From an uncultured Chloroflexia bacterium (GTDB lineage: Bacteria > Chloroflexota > Limnocylindria > Limnocylindrales > CSP1-4), in the NCBI GenBank assembly GCA_963774695.1, contig CAVZFY010000007.1, positions 369,069 through 433,068 on the forward strand: a DNA stretch of 64,000 nt, written 5' to 3'. Numbering within the stretch: the first letter of the stretch is position 1; each line of letters opens with the position of its first letter. Below the pieces are notes generated by a model. That model was given only the letters and a program-made list of their open reading frames with translations. It was not told where the DNA came from and searched no databases. A program made the translations under genes and the position numbers. This document shows, one piece after another, positions 27,249-37,264 of the stretch.

Positions 27249-30200
27249 TCAGCGCAGCTTGATCGAGATCGTCGTGGTGTTGTTCAGCGTGTTCGGGTCG
27301 GGTGTGGAGCTGCCGGCCGTGACGGTGTTCACGACGCTCCCCTTCCCTGCCGCGTTGGCGACGATCGTCACCGTCGCCTGGGCGCCGCTGGCGAGAGTGC
27401 CTGGGGCGCATGTCACGGTGCGGCTACCTGACGCGTAGCCGCAGCTGCCGCCAGTCGTGGATGCCGACACGTAGCCGAGCTTGGAGTTGAGGGTGTCGCT
27501 CATCGTGACCGCACTCGCCGTTCCGGGCCCGCCGTTCGTGATCACCGCAGTGATGGTGACCCGCGAGCCACTGAGCCGGCTCGTCTGCGTGACGCGGACA
27601 TCGGCCGGGGATTGGGCCGCCACATAGGTCGCCGTGTAGCTTCCCGACGCGCTCGGGAGCACGTCGTGCGACCGCGCGCCGCCATCGGACCAGCTCTGCC
27701 AGTTGTACGTCGTCCCACCGAGGGTCGGCTGGAGCGGCGCCGTGATCGTGTTGCGCGAGCCCTGGATCACGGTCCGTGAGAAGGGGGTGGTGGACGTGAC
27801 CGCGCCCACCGACAGCGTCGAGTCCGGTCGGCACGGTCGCAAACGACAGGGTGACGGTCTTGGGGTCGAGGCGGACGGAGGTCGTGCCAGTGAGGCCGCC
27901 ACTGTCGGTCGCCGTGAGGACGATCTCGATCCAGCTGGGATACTCGTGGTCGGGGGCCGAGAAGAAGCCCATGTGCTGCCCGCTGATCGTCTGGACGTCA
28001 TGTGTGTGGCAGTCGTTCGGGTTCACCGGGCAGTGGTGCAGCACGAGCGTCCACGACAGGCGGGCGTCGGGGATCGTGCCGTCCTCGCCGTCGCTGGCAC
28101 CGCCGGAGAAATCGATCCTGTCGTTCACCGCCCAGGTGAGGGTGGAGAGCGGAGCGGTGATCGTGGGGACGGGCGGCGTGTTGTTCACGCTGATCGTGAC
28201 CGTCCGGCTGTCCGTGAGGCCGCCGTTGTCCGTCACCCGCAGGCGCGCGAGGAACGTGCCGGGCGACGTGTACGTGAAGGACGGGTTCGCCGTGGACACG
28301 TCGTCGGTCCCGTTGCCGTCGAAGTCCCATGCGTAGGTCAGCGGACCGCTCTCGGGATCGGTCGAGCCGCTGCCGGTGAACTGCACGGTGAGCGGCGCCC
28401 GGCCGCTGGTCGGGCTCGCCGATGCCACCGCGGTCGGCGGCTGGTTGCCCGATGCAAACGTGATCCGGTGGATCGTCCCACCGTCGTAGTCGGCGTAGAA
28501 CAGGTCGCCCCCGGGCCCGGTCGTGAGATACACCGGGTTGGCGGCGCCCTCGATGAACTTGGCCACCTGGGTCGCCATCGGACGGCCGTCGGCCCCCGCC
28601 GGCATGAACCAGATGCAATCGCGCGAGTAGTCGGCGAAGAACAGGCCGCCCCGATAGCTCGTGGGGTAGCCGGTTCCCGTGTAGAACGCCAGGCCGGCGA
28701 TCGACGAGCCGTTCGCGATCGGGCAGGTCTCGCCTGCGACGGTCGACTCGTGGTTGTAGCTGAAGTAGGGCGCGGTGACCGCCCCCGCGGGCGCTGCGTA
28801 GAGGCCCTCGCAGATCCCGAGGTTGAGATTGTCGTACGACGACTGTCGAGCGCTACCCTCGTAGCACGGCCAGCCGTGGTTCACGACGCCGCCGGTCGGG
28901 ATTCGCGATCAGGTCGATCTCCTCCCATGTGCCCCAGCCCACGTCGCCGATCCACAGCTCGTTCGTCGTCGGCCGGAAGGTGAACCGGAACGGGTTTCGA
29001 TATCCGTGGGCGATGATCCGCCGCGCGTTGGCGTCAGGCGACGCGAGGTTCGGGTTGCCGGCTCATCGCGGCGCCGGTGACGGGGTCGAGGCGCAGGATC
29101 GCCCCGTCGAGGGTCGCCGGGTCGATCGGCGGGGGCCCGCTGCTGAAGGCGGCCGCATAGTGCGCGGCGACCCTGACGGACGACAGGGCAGTCGGGTAGA
29201 CGGCGACCTCGTCGATCGAGGCGTTGCCGCACTCGGAGGAGGCCGATCTGCGCGATCCGATGTCGATCGAGTCGGCCGTGTTGGCGACGGTCGCGTTGGT
29301 GACGGTTCCCGTGACGTCGACGCCGTCGAGGTAGAGCTTCACCGTCGCGCCCGACTTCGTCGCGACGACGTGGTGCCAGCCCGACGGCGTACCGCGACAG
29401 TGGATGTCACGATTTCCGCGATGTTGGACTTCTCAGGTTCAGCGTGTCTGTCGCCTGAGCAGGCGAAGGTAGTAGCCGCTTGTCCCCTTGCTGACGATGG
29501 CCCGAAACCGTTCGGCTTCACCCACGCTTCCAGCGTGAACGTGTCGCCGAGGTCGAGCGAGGCAGCGTCCGGCGCGCTGAGGTAGCCGCCGCCGAACGTG
29601 ACGGCCCCGTCGCCCGTGACGGCACCTGCGACGTTCCGGGTCATCGTCCCTGTCGGCGAGGCCTGGTTGCCCCTGCCCGACGAGTCGACGGCACTGCCGG
29701 ACGCCTCGCCCAGCCGCCAGTAGCCGGCCGGCGCGTCTGCGAGGACCGTTGTTGCGTAGGTTGCCGCCTGCCAGCCTCCACCGCTCGGCATCGTGCGGAT
29801 GTCCTGGCTCGCGCAGCGCGCCACCCTCGTTGGCTGGATCGGCGCACGGGTTCACGGGGGTCGGGGTGCCCGCCAGCGTGCCGCCGGCCTGCCCGTAGTC
29901 GGCGAAGTCGAAGCTCGCGCCGTCGCCGCCGCTCACGTAGAGCGCGCCATCGGGCCCGAACGCGACCGTGCCGATCGAGTGGCTCGGGAACTGCTGGCAC
30001 CAGTCGTTGATCAGGACCTGCTCGGGCCCCGTGCTCACGTCGCCGCTCGCCGGGCAGGCGCGACAGCCGGCCGCTGACGACGCACCCGTCCGTCGTGGGA
30101 CCGGGCGGCGTGGGGCAGCCATCGCTCCAGCGTCGGCGCCGTGCCGCCGATCGCGCGCGTCGTACGTGTACAGGACGTAGACGTAGGGGTTGGTCGGGAA

Positions 30201-30660
30201 GTTGGGCGGCAGCGCCATGCCGAGCAGGCCGCGGTCCCAGTAGTCGTCGACCTGGCTGCTCGAGGTCCGCTGAAGATCGTCGGGGTCGTGTCGGTCAGGC
30301 TGTCGAAGACCTTGATCGATGCCGCGCTTCTCGGCGACGAAGACCGGCCGTCCGGCGCGAACTGGATGACGACGGGATGGACGAGGCCGGTCAGGACGGC
30401 CTGGTCCGGAAGCCGGTCGGGATGACGGCTGGCCGGCGAGGCCGCCGGACGGGGTCGTCTGGCCGGCCTCGGCGTGGGCGTCCTTCCCGAGCATCGGCCG
30501 GATCTCGGGGCCGTGGCCGACGGCCGGGGCGATCCGTCGTGCTGACCAGGAGCAGGGCCGCCAGAAGCGCGGCCCCGAGCACCCTCGCGCGACGGCGCAA
30601 CCCGATCCTCCCCGAGACCCCCCGTAACTGAACAGGCGCGCACTCTACCGCACCCGGCAC
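27249..30660 (-). CDS. Large secreted multidomain protein: signal peptide, PQQ-dependent sugar dehydrogenase (SGDH/sorbosone-dehydrogenase-type beta-propeller) with an inserted LamG/ConA-like lectin domain, PKD domain, Ig-like domain, C-terminal DUF11 repeat. At least 5 frameshifts.
   Basis: RARVLGAALLAALLLVSTTD (signal peptide). LPDQAVLTGLVHPVVIQFAPDGRSS...ASIKVFDSLTDTTPTIF, YWDRGLLGMALPPNFPTNPYVYVLYTYDA, LINDWCQQFPSHSIGTVAFGPDGALYVSGGDGASFDFADYGQ and NHGWPCYEGS...GLFFADYSRDCIWFMPAGADGRP are SGDH blades. YWRLGEASGSAVDSSGRGNQ...FTLEAWVKPNG and KLYLDGVDVTGTV...IDEVAVYPTALSSVRVAAHY form a LamG domain. PLTVQFTGSGSTDPESGPLTYAWDFDGNGTDD...ARLRVTDNGGLTDSRTVTISV is a PKD domain. TITAVITNGGPGTASAVTMSDTLNSKLGYVSASTTGGSC...TVTIVANAAGKGSVVNTVTAGSSTPDPNTLNNTTTISIKLR is DUF11. 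Confidence 0.65.
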
Positions 30661-30775
30661 ACCGCAACGGGCGTCAAAGCGCGAACCCGGTGCCCTTCGT
30701 CAACGGCAGCGCGATCCGACGCCCAGGCGCCTCGCCGAGTCGATCTCGGCGCCTCCCGCCTACAATGCGCTCGCC

Positions 30776-31063
30776 GTGACCCCTCCCCTCCCCGATCTCG
30801 TGCTCTATTCGCGCCCCGGCTGCCACCTGTGCGAAGAGGCGCGCGCGACGCTCGAGCTGCTGCTGGCCGATCGCGCCGCGCACGGGCTGCCGGCGCCGCG
30901 CCTGGTCGAGCGCGACATCGAGGCGGACCCCGACCTCCAGCGCCGGTACGCCTTCACGATCCCGGTCGTCGCGCTGGGTGGTCGCGAGCTGGAGCTGGCG
31001 ACGAGCCCGGCCAAGCTCCGGCGGCTGCTCGCGGACGTGCTCGACGGGGCGCCGGCGGCGTGA
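30776..31063 (+). CDS. Glutaredoxin-like (DUF836/Grx2-like) small thiol oxidoreductase
   Basis: LVLYSRPGCHLCEEARATLELLL...ERDIEADPDLQRRYAFTIPVVALGGRELE. Single CxxC motif. 95 aa. Stop overlaps the ccdA GTG (GTGA). Confidence 0.7.
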   Translation: MTPPLPDLVLYSRPGCHLCEEARATLELLLADRAAHGLPAPRLVERDIEADPDLQRRYAFTIPVVALGGRELELATSPAKLRRLLADVLDGAPAA

Positions 31064-31869
31064 CCGGCGACTACACGTTCCTGGTCGCGGTCTTCGCGGG
31101 CCTCGTCTCGTTCCTGTCGCCGTGCGTCCTGCCGCTCGTGCCGGCGTACCTCGGCCAGCTGACGGCGGTCGCGGTCGCGGCCGGACCGGACGGGGCGATG
31201 ACGGCCTCGCGCTGGACGGCGCTCCGCCACGCCGTCGCCTACGTCGCCGGGTTCGGCACGGTCTTCACCCTGCTCGGCATCACGGCCGCGTTCGCGGGTG
31301 GCGCCCTCGCCGACTACATCCCGACCCTGCGCATCGTCGGCGGCGTGTTGCTGGTGGTCATGGGCCTGAGCCTCGCCGGCCTGCTGCCGATCCCCTTGCT
31401 CGAGCGCACGTGGCGACCGCTCGACGCCGGCGCGTCGGCGAGCGTCACCACGATGACCGGCGGCATGTCCCTCGCGCCGGCCGATGCGGGCATCGGTGGA
31501 CGGGTCGGCAGCCGGCTCGTCGGGGGCAAGGCCGGCCTCGGGACCTCGTTCGCGCTGGGCGCGATCTTCGCGATCGGCTGGACGCCGTGCATCGGCGTGA
31601 TCCTCGGCGGGATCCTGACGATGGCCGCCGTCGCCGCGACCAAGCTCCAGGGCGCGCTCCTCCTGGTCGGCTACACGCTCGGGCTCGGGATCCCGTTCCT
31701 CGTGATCGCCCTGTTCTTCGACCGCGCCCCGGCACTGATGCGGCCGCTGGTGCGTCACGGCCGCATGGTGTCGCTCATCGGCGGGCTGCTCGTCGCGGCC
31801 ATCGGGCTCGCGATGATCTTCGACCTGCTCGTCCTGCTGCCGCGCTACTTCAACTTCGCGGGCGTCTAG
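31060..31869 (+). CDS. ccdA: Cytochrome c-type biogenesis protein CcdA (DsbD-family thiol-disulfide transporter)
   Basis: VTGDYTFLVAVFAGLVSFLSPCVLPLVPAYLGQLTAVAV...FALGAIFAIGWTPCIGVILGGILTMAA. Both conserved TM Cys motifs are present, with about 6 TM helices. Confidence 0.85.
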   Translation: MTGDYTFLVAVFAGLVSFLSPCVLPLVPAYLGQLTAVAVAAGPDGAMTASRWTALRHAVAYVAGFGTVFTLLGITAAFAGGALADYIPTLRIVGGVLLVVMGLSLAGLLPIPLLERTWRPLDAGASASVTTMTGGMSLAPADAGIGGRVGSRLVGGKAGLGTSFALGAIFAIGWTPCIGVILGGILTMAAVAATKLQGALLLVGYTLGLGIPFLVIALFFDRAPALMRPLVRHGRMVSLIGGLLVAAIGLAMIFDLLVLLPRYFNFAGV

Positions 31870-31872
31870 CCG

Positions 31873-32551
31873 ATGACACCCGAGCTCGTCCCGCCGCCCC
31901 GTCGCGGCCTCATCGGTCCGTTCACCGGCCGCCAGCTCCTCGGGATCCTGCTCGTCATCGTGCTCGTCGCCATCGGGCTCACGCTCGCCACCCGGCCCAT
32001 CGCCGCCGGGCCCGGCGAACGCCACGCCGATCCCGGTCTCGACGCCGTTCCTCGTCGGCCCCGCGACCGAGGGCCTGCAGCCGGGCCAGCAGGCGCCCGA
32101 GCTCCTGGTCAAGGCGCCCGACGGAACGACCGTGCCGCTGACCGACCTCGACGGCAAGCCGGTCGAGCCTCGCGGACCTGCGCGGCAAGCTCGTGTGGCT
32201 CAACTTCTGGGCGACGTGGTGCCCGCCGTGCCAGTCGGAGACGCCGGTCCTGCGCGACATGGACGAGGCGTACGGCGACAAGGGCCTCGCGATCGTCGGG
32301 ATCGCGGTCCAGGAGACGACGCCCGCCGACGTCCAGGCCTACGCCGACAAGTACGAGCTGGGCTACGACATCGCGTTCGACGCGTCGGCCGACATCTTCG
32401 ACCTGTACAAGGTCTACGCCCTGCCGACGCAGTTCTTCATCGACCCGTCGGGCAAGGTGCTCGAGGTCGTCAACGGCCCGATGACCGACGAGAGGCCAGG
32501 GCGCGCATCGAGGCCTGGCTGCCCAAGAGCGCGATCCGCTCGGGCGACTGA
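31873..32551 (+). CDS. resA: TlpA/ResA-like membrane-anchored thiol-disulfide oxidoreductase (thioredoxin fold); 2 frameshifts
   Basis: N-terminal TM helix RQLLGILLVIVLVAIGLTLA. Frame 2 gives LVDLRGKLVWLNFWATWCPPCQSETPVLRDMDEAYGDKGLAIVGIAVQETTPADVQAYADKYELGYDIAFDASADIFDLYKVYALPTQFFIDPSGKVLEVVNGPMT (WCPPC active site). The C-terminus EARARIEAWLPKSAIRSGD* is in a third frame. Confidence 0.7.
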
Positions 32552-32659
32552 CCGGGCGTCCCGCACGGCGCAACGCGGGCCCGGCGCGTCGATCGTCGCG
32601 CTCCCGGCTCGTTCACCTCCCGGCGGCCCCATGATTGGCCGCGATGCGAGAGGTGACCC

Positions 32660-33041
32660 GATGCGCTACGTGATGCTCACCTTCCAGGGCGACGAGCACC
32701 TGGAGGCCTGGGAGGCCGCGACGCCCGAGGAGCGGCGGCTGGAGATCGAGCGGACGATCGCGTGGTTCCGCGAGCACGGCGCCGCGGGCCGGATCGTCGG
32801 CGGCGAGGAGCTGGGCGAGGCGAAGGCCGCGCGGACCGTCCGGCGTGGCGGGCTCGTGACCGACGGGCCGTTCGCGGAGACCAAGGAGCACCTCGGCGGC
32901 TTCATCGTGCTCGAGGTGCCCGACCTGGCGACGGCGATCGAGGTCGCCTCCGGCTGGCCGGGCCTCGAGTGGGCGACCGACGGCGTCGAGCTGCGCCCGG
33001 TCGGCGACTCGGCGGGCGACGCGGGGATCACCCCAGGCTGA
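32660..33041 (+). CDS. YciI-like (YCII-related, dimeric alpha/beta barrel) protein
   Basis: MRYVMLTFQGDEHLEAWEAATPEERRLEIERTIAWFREHGAAGRIVGGEELGEAKAARTVRRGGLVTDGPFAETKEHLGGFIVLEVPDLATAIEVASGWPGLEWATDGVELRPV. Confidence 0.7.
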
Positions 33042-33059
33042 CGGCCGGCGCGACCTACC

Positions 33060-33545
33060 CGCGGCCAGCGGTCGCGGAACACGGACTCGTCGCGTGGGAG
33101 GCGGGCCTCGCCGGGCGCCGCCTTGGGCTGCGACGCGGCCTCGGTCGGATAGCCCAGCGCGATGATCGTCCGGACGAAGTGGTCGGACGGGAGCCCGAGC
33201 ACGCTCGTTGACCGCGGCCCGCACGTCCGAGCGCACCCACTGGATCGCCGCGCCGAGGCCGAGGTACGACGCCGCGATCAGCAGCCGCTCCGCGGCCCGG
33301 CCGTCGTCGTACGCGTCGGCGATGTCGTGCTCGCCCACCGGCAGCACGATGGCGATCGCCGCGGTCGCCGTCGCGAGCGCCCGCGTCTGCGGAACGCCGA
33401 TCTCCCAGATCCGGCGCAGGACGGCCTGGTCGCGGAGGACGAGGAAGCGCCACGGCTGCTGTTGCTTGCTGCTCCCGGTCCAGCGGCCGACGTCCGCCAT
33501 CGCGTCGAGCGCCGCGTCCGACGGGACCTCGGCGGTGAACTCGCG
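33060..33545 (-). CDS. Nitroreductase-family protein; frameshift near 33200, stop not cleanly resolved. Possibly fused to the upstream MBL-fold gene.
   Basis: [20 protein letters not shown]...[42 protein letters not shown], then in another frame [46 protein letters not shown] (typical nitroreductase C-terminus). Confidence 0.5.
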
Positions 33546-34412
33546 GACCTGGCGGACGCGCCGGAGCGGACGGAGGACCTCGCGCGGATCCGCTTCCCCT
33601 GGCATCCCTACACGCGCCTCGAACTTGAACCGGTCGCGATCCGGCACGAGGCGCCCGACCGGGTCGCGCCGCTCGTGCGACAGCGCCACCAGCCAGTCCT
33701 CGTCGACCGCCCGGCGGAACAGCTCGCCCTTGACCTCGACGCTGTCCAGCGGGAAGTCGTCGAACGCCGTCACCCAGCGCGGGTTCGCGGCCCACGGGCG
33801 CATGCACAGGTCGCCGAAGAAGGCCAGGGTCCGCGCGCCCGGACCGGTCCCCCGCACGACGATCGCCTGGTGGCCGGCCGAGTGCCCGCCGGTTCGGACG
33901 ACCGACACGCCCGGCAGCAGCTCGCGATCGCCGTCCGCCCAGCCTTCGGCGCCCCAGTCGGCGACCAGGCGCAGCTCGGGCTGGTCGTACGAGGCGACGA
34001 GCCGGCTGTTGCCGCCCAGGGCGACCTCCCACTCCCCGCGCTGCGCCACGATCCGCGCCTTCGGGAACGCGCGCGACCCGTCGGCAAGCAGCAGGCCGCC
34101 GGCGTGGTCGAAGTGGAGGTGGCTCATGGCGACGACGTCGACGCTGCCCGGGTCGAAGCCGGCCGCGCGCATCGCCGGCACGACCGGCGAGCCCTGGTAC
34201 TCGCGCATCGCGCGCGCCTTCTCGTCGAGCCGTTCCCCGATCCCCGTCTCGACCAGCACGCGCCCGGCCGGCGTCTCGATCATGAGGCAGTTGAGCGCCT
34301 GGAGCAGGCGCCGGTTCTCGTCGAGCTCGCCCTCCGCCCACGGACGCCACAGGATCCACGGCACGGGGCCGAAGATCGCGCCGGAGTCGGTGCGGAACGT
34401 GCCGGCCTGCAC
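33540..34412 (-). CDS. MBL-fold metallo-hydrolase
   Basis: [22 protein letters not shown]...LVETGIGE...[21 protein letters not shown]...[49 protein letters not shown]. Has the HxHxDH motif. Confidence 0.7.
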
Positions 34413-34478
34413 GAGCGCGACCCGCGTCCCGCCGCCGAGGTCGGCGCTCCAGTCGCCCGCGTCGCGGAATGCCGTGGC

Positions 34479-35079
34479 CTAGCCCTCCGCGGTGCTGGTC
34501 GCCTTGCGGCCGCGATCGAAGTCCGCGTGGAAGGCGGACGCCGTCGGCTCCGACTGGCCCTGGTACTTCGACCCGAGGTCGCGGCTGCCGTACGGCCGCT
34601 CGACCGCGGAGCTCATCCGGAAGAAGCTGATCTGCCCGATCCGCATGCCCGCGTAGAGCGCGATCGGGAGGTTGGCGACGTTCGACAGCTCGAGCGTCAG
34701 CGTGCCCTTCCAGCCCGGGTCGACATAGCCCGGCCGTCGAGTGGATGAGCAGCCCCAGCCGGCCCAGACTCGACTTGCCCTCGAGCCGCGCGACGAGGTC
34801 GTCGGGCAGCTCGACCCACTCGAGCGTCTGGCCCAGCACGAACTCGCCCGGGTGCAGGATGAACGGCTCGTCGCCCTCGATCGCCAGCAGCTCGGTCAGG
34901 TCGGGCTGCGGCTGGCGCGGGTCGATGAACGCGTAGCGGTTGTTGCGGAAGACGCGGAACGACTGGTCGAGGTGCAGGTCCACCGACGACGGCTGCAGGT
35001 CCGACGGGTCGTAGGGGTCGATGCGGACCCGCCCCGCCTCGAGCTCGGCCCGGATGTCGCGATCGGCGAGGACGCTCAT
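34479..35079 (-). CDS. dcd: dCTP deaminase; single 1-nt insertion frameshift near 34730
   Basis: [58 protein letters not shown]...[44 protein letters not shown], then in the next frame [82 protein letters not shown]. The extra G (GCCGGGCTATG) is visible. Start overlaps the nrdR stop (ATGA). Confidence 0.8.
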
Positions 35080-35561
35080 CCCGCGCGTCGTGCCTTCTTC
35101 GGCGAGACCCCCTCGGCGAACAGCGAATCCACCTCGCGCTTGAGGTCCTCGAGGTCCTCGAAGCTCTGGTAGACCGACGCGAACCGGATGTACGCGATGT
35201 GGTCGATCGCGCGCAGCCGCTCCATCGCGAGCGCACCGACGCGCGAGCTCGGGATCTCCGACTGGCCGGACGCGCGCAGCTCCGCCTCGATCGCGTCCGC
35301 GGCGCGCTCGGCGGCATCCGCGGCGACGGGCCGGCGCGTGAGCGCCTTCGCGAGGCCGTCCGCCAGCTTGTCGCGGTCGAACTCCTGGCGCGTGCCGTCG
35401 CGCTTGAGGACGATCAGCCGGGCAGCCTCGACGCGCTCGTAGGTCGTGAACCGCGTCGAGCACGCGGGGCACTCCCGCCGGCGCCGGATCGTCGTGGACT
35501 CCTCGAGGTCGCGGGAGTCGACGACGCGCGTGTCGCGGGTGCCGCACTGGGGACAGCGCAT
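35076..35561 (-). CDS. nrdR: Transcriptional repressor NrdR (zinc ribbon + ATP-cone)
   Basis: [79 protein letters not shown]...[20 protein letters not shown]. Intact. Confidence 0.9.
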   Translation of the reverse strand: MRCPQCGTRDTRVVDSRDLEESTTIRRRRECPACSTRFTTYERVEAARLIVLKRDGTRQEFDRDKLADGLAKALTRRPVAADAAERAADAIEAELRASGQSEIPSSRVGALAMERLRAIDHIAYIRFASVYQSFEDLEDLKREVDSLFAEGVSPKKARRAG

Positions 35562-35630
35562 GGACCCTCCAAGTCCGAGACACCACAAGCCCTAGTGGTG
35601 TGCGACGAGGATACCACTACATGCAGGGTG

Positions 35631-36249
35631 TCAGACCCCGTCGTCGTCGACGTCGGCGGCGTCCGGGCCGAAGGTCGACGGCGCCCGGACCTGCACCGCC
35701 GGGCTCTTGCCGCCGGGCTGCGCGATCAGGTCGGCGGGCCGGACGGCGGCGACGCGTGCCGCGATGCGCGCGGAGGCGCCGCGGGCGTTGCGCAGGTTGA
35801 GGGCCGCGCGCTTGAGCGAGGTCTGCGCCTCCAGCTCGCGGTGGCCACGATGCGCGAGGAGGGCGTCGAGGCCGTGCTCGAGCAGGTCGGTCGCCCGGGC
35901 CGCGCGGTCGAGCTCCACCAGGAGCGACGCGGCCTCCTCGGCGAGCGCGGGCGGCGGCGCGGAGCTCCCTGCCCTGGCGGACGAGGTCGCGCAGGTTCGC
36001 CTTGGTGGCCTCGAGGCCCGCGGCGAGCCCGGGCGGGTCGCCGGCCCGGCGGCGGATCTCGTCGAGGGTCGCCACGAGCGGGTCCACGATCGCGGTCAGG
36101 CCGGCATCGAGGCCCGCGACCGCCCGCTGGAACTGCTCGAGGTCACGGGTCCGCCCCACCAGCACCGACATCCGGCGGACGGTCAGGAAGAACAGCCCGA
36201 GCAGGACGAGCAGCAGCAGGCCGAGCCAGATCAGCGCCGCCTGGGGCAC
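35631..36249 (-). CDS. Hypothetical N-terminally membrane-anchored helical/coiled-coil protein (~205 aa); frameshift near 35940
   Basis: MPQAALIWLGLLLLVLLGLFFLTVRRMSVLVGRTRDLEQFQRAVAGLDAGLTAIVDPLVATLDEIRRRAGDPPGLAAGLEATKANLRDLVRQG, then ...LEHGLDALLAHRGHRELEAQTSLKRAALNLRNARGASARIAARVAAVRPADLIAQPGGKSPAVQVRAPSTFGPDAADVDDDGV*. No family recognised. Confidence 0.4.
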
Positions 36250-36282
36250 CTCGCCGGTCCCTGGTCCGCTCGCCGGCCGGGG

Positions 36283-37264
36283 TCAGCCGCCTCGCCGCGA
36301 GCGCAGCTCGGCGACGAGGGCGGGGCCGACCTCGAACAGGTCGCCGACCACGAACAGGTCGGCGATCTCGGCGATCGGGGCGTCGGGGTCGCGGTTGACG
36401 ATGACGATGGCCTCGGCCGACTGCATGCCGACGCGGTGCTGCATCGCACCCGAGACGCCCAGGCCGAGGTACAGCGCGGGCTTGACGACCTTGCCGGTCT
36501 GGCCGATCTGGCGGGCGTACGGGATCCAGCCCGGCGTCGACCGACGCGCGGGTCGCCCCGACGACGCCGCCGAGGAGCCCGGCGAGCTCGGTGACCACGG
36601 CGAAGCCCTTCGGGGCTGCCGACGCCACGCCCGCCGACGACGACGATGCGCGCCTCCTCGAGCGACGCCTCCGCGCCGGCCTCGGCGACCCGTTCGAGGA
36701 CGGCGACGGCCGGCACGGCGCCGGGCGCGGCGGGCTCGCGCCGCTCGACGGCCCCGGCGGCGGGTGCCGGCGAGGCGGTCGTGGCATTCGGGCGCACGGT
36801 GATCAGGCCCGTCGGTCCGGTGAAGGCGCTGCGCGTGATCGCCTTGGCGCCGAGCACGCTCGCCTCGACCACGGGTCCGTCGCCGTCCCAGGTCACGCCG
36901 CCGGCGTTCGCGAGCAGCCCCCAGCCGAGCCGCGCGACCAGCGCGCCGGCGACGTCGCGGCCGTCGGTGGTGCGCGCCGAGCAGGATGTGGGTCGTGCCC
37001 TCGTCGACGAGCCGCGCGGCCTCGGCCGCGGCGAGCGGCGCCCAGGTCTGGGTCGCCCGCGGCCGTCGATGCCACCGAGACGACGCGCGGCAGGAAGGTC
37101 GCCAGCTCCGCGGCAGCCGCGTCCGGGCTCGCGTCCACGACCAGCCCGACGGCCGAGCCGCCCGACGCCTCCGCGAGCGCCCGCGCGAGCGTCGCGAGCT
37201 CGGTCGAGAGACGCGTCAGCGTCCCGTCGGCGACCTCCGCGACGACCAGGATCGACGGCGCCAT
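36283..37264 (-). CDS. etfA: Electron transfer flavoprotein alpha subunit; at least 2 frameshifts
   Basis: MAPSILVVAEVADGTLTRLSTELATLARALAEASGGSAVGLVVDASPDAAAAELATFLPRVVSVA (N-terminus). ...AKAITRSAFTGPTGLITVRPNATTA...LEEARIVVVGGRGVGSPEG... and KGFAVVTELAGLLGGVVGATRASVDAG... (FAD-binding C-terminal domain) are in other frames. Confidence 0.8.
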
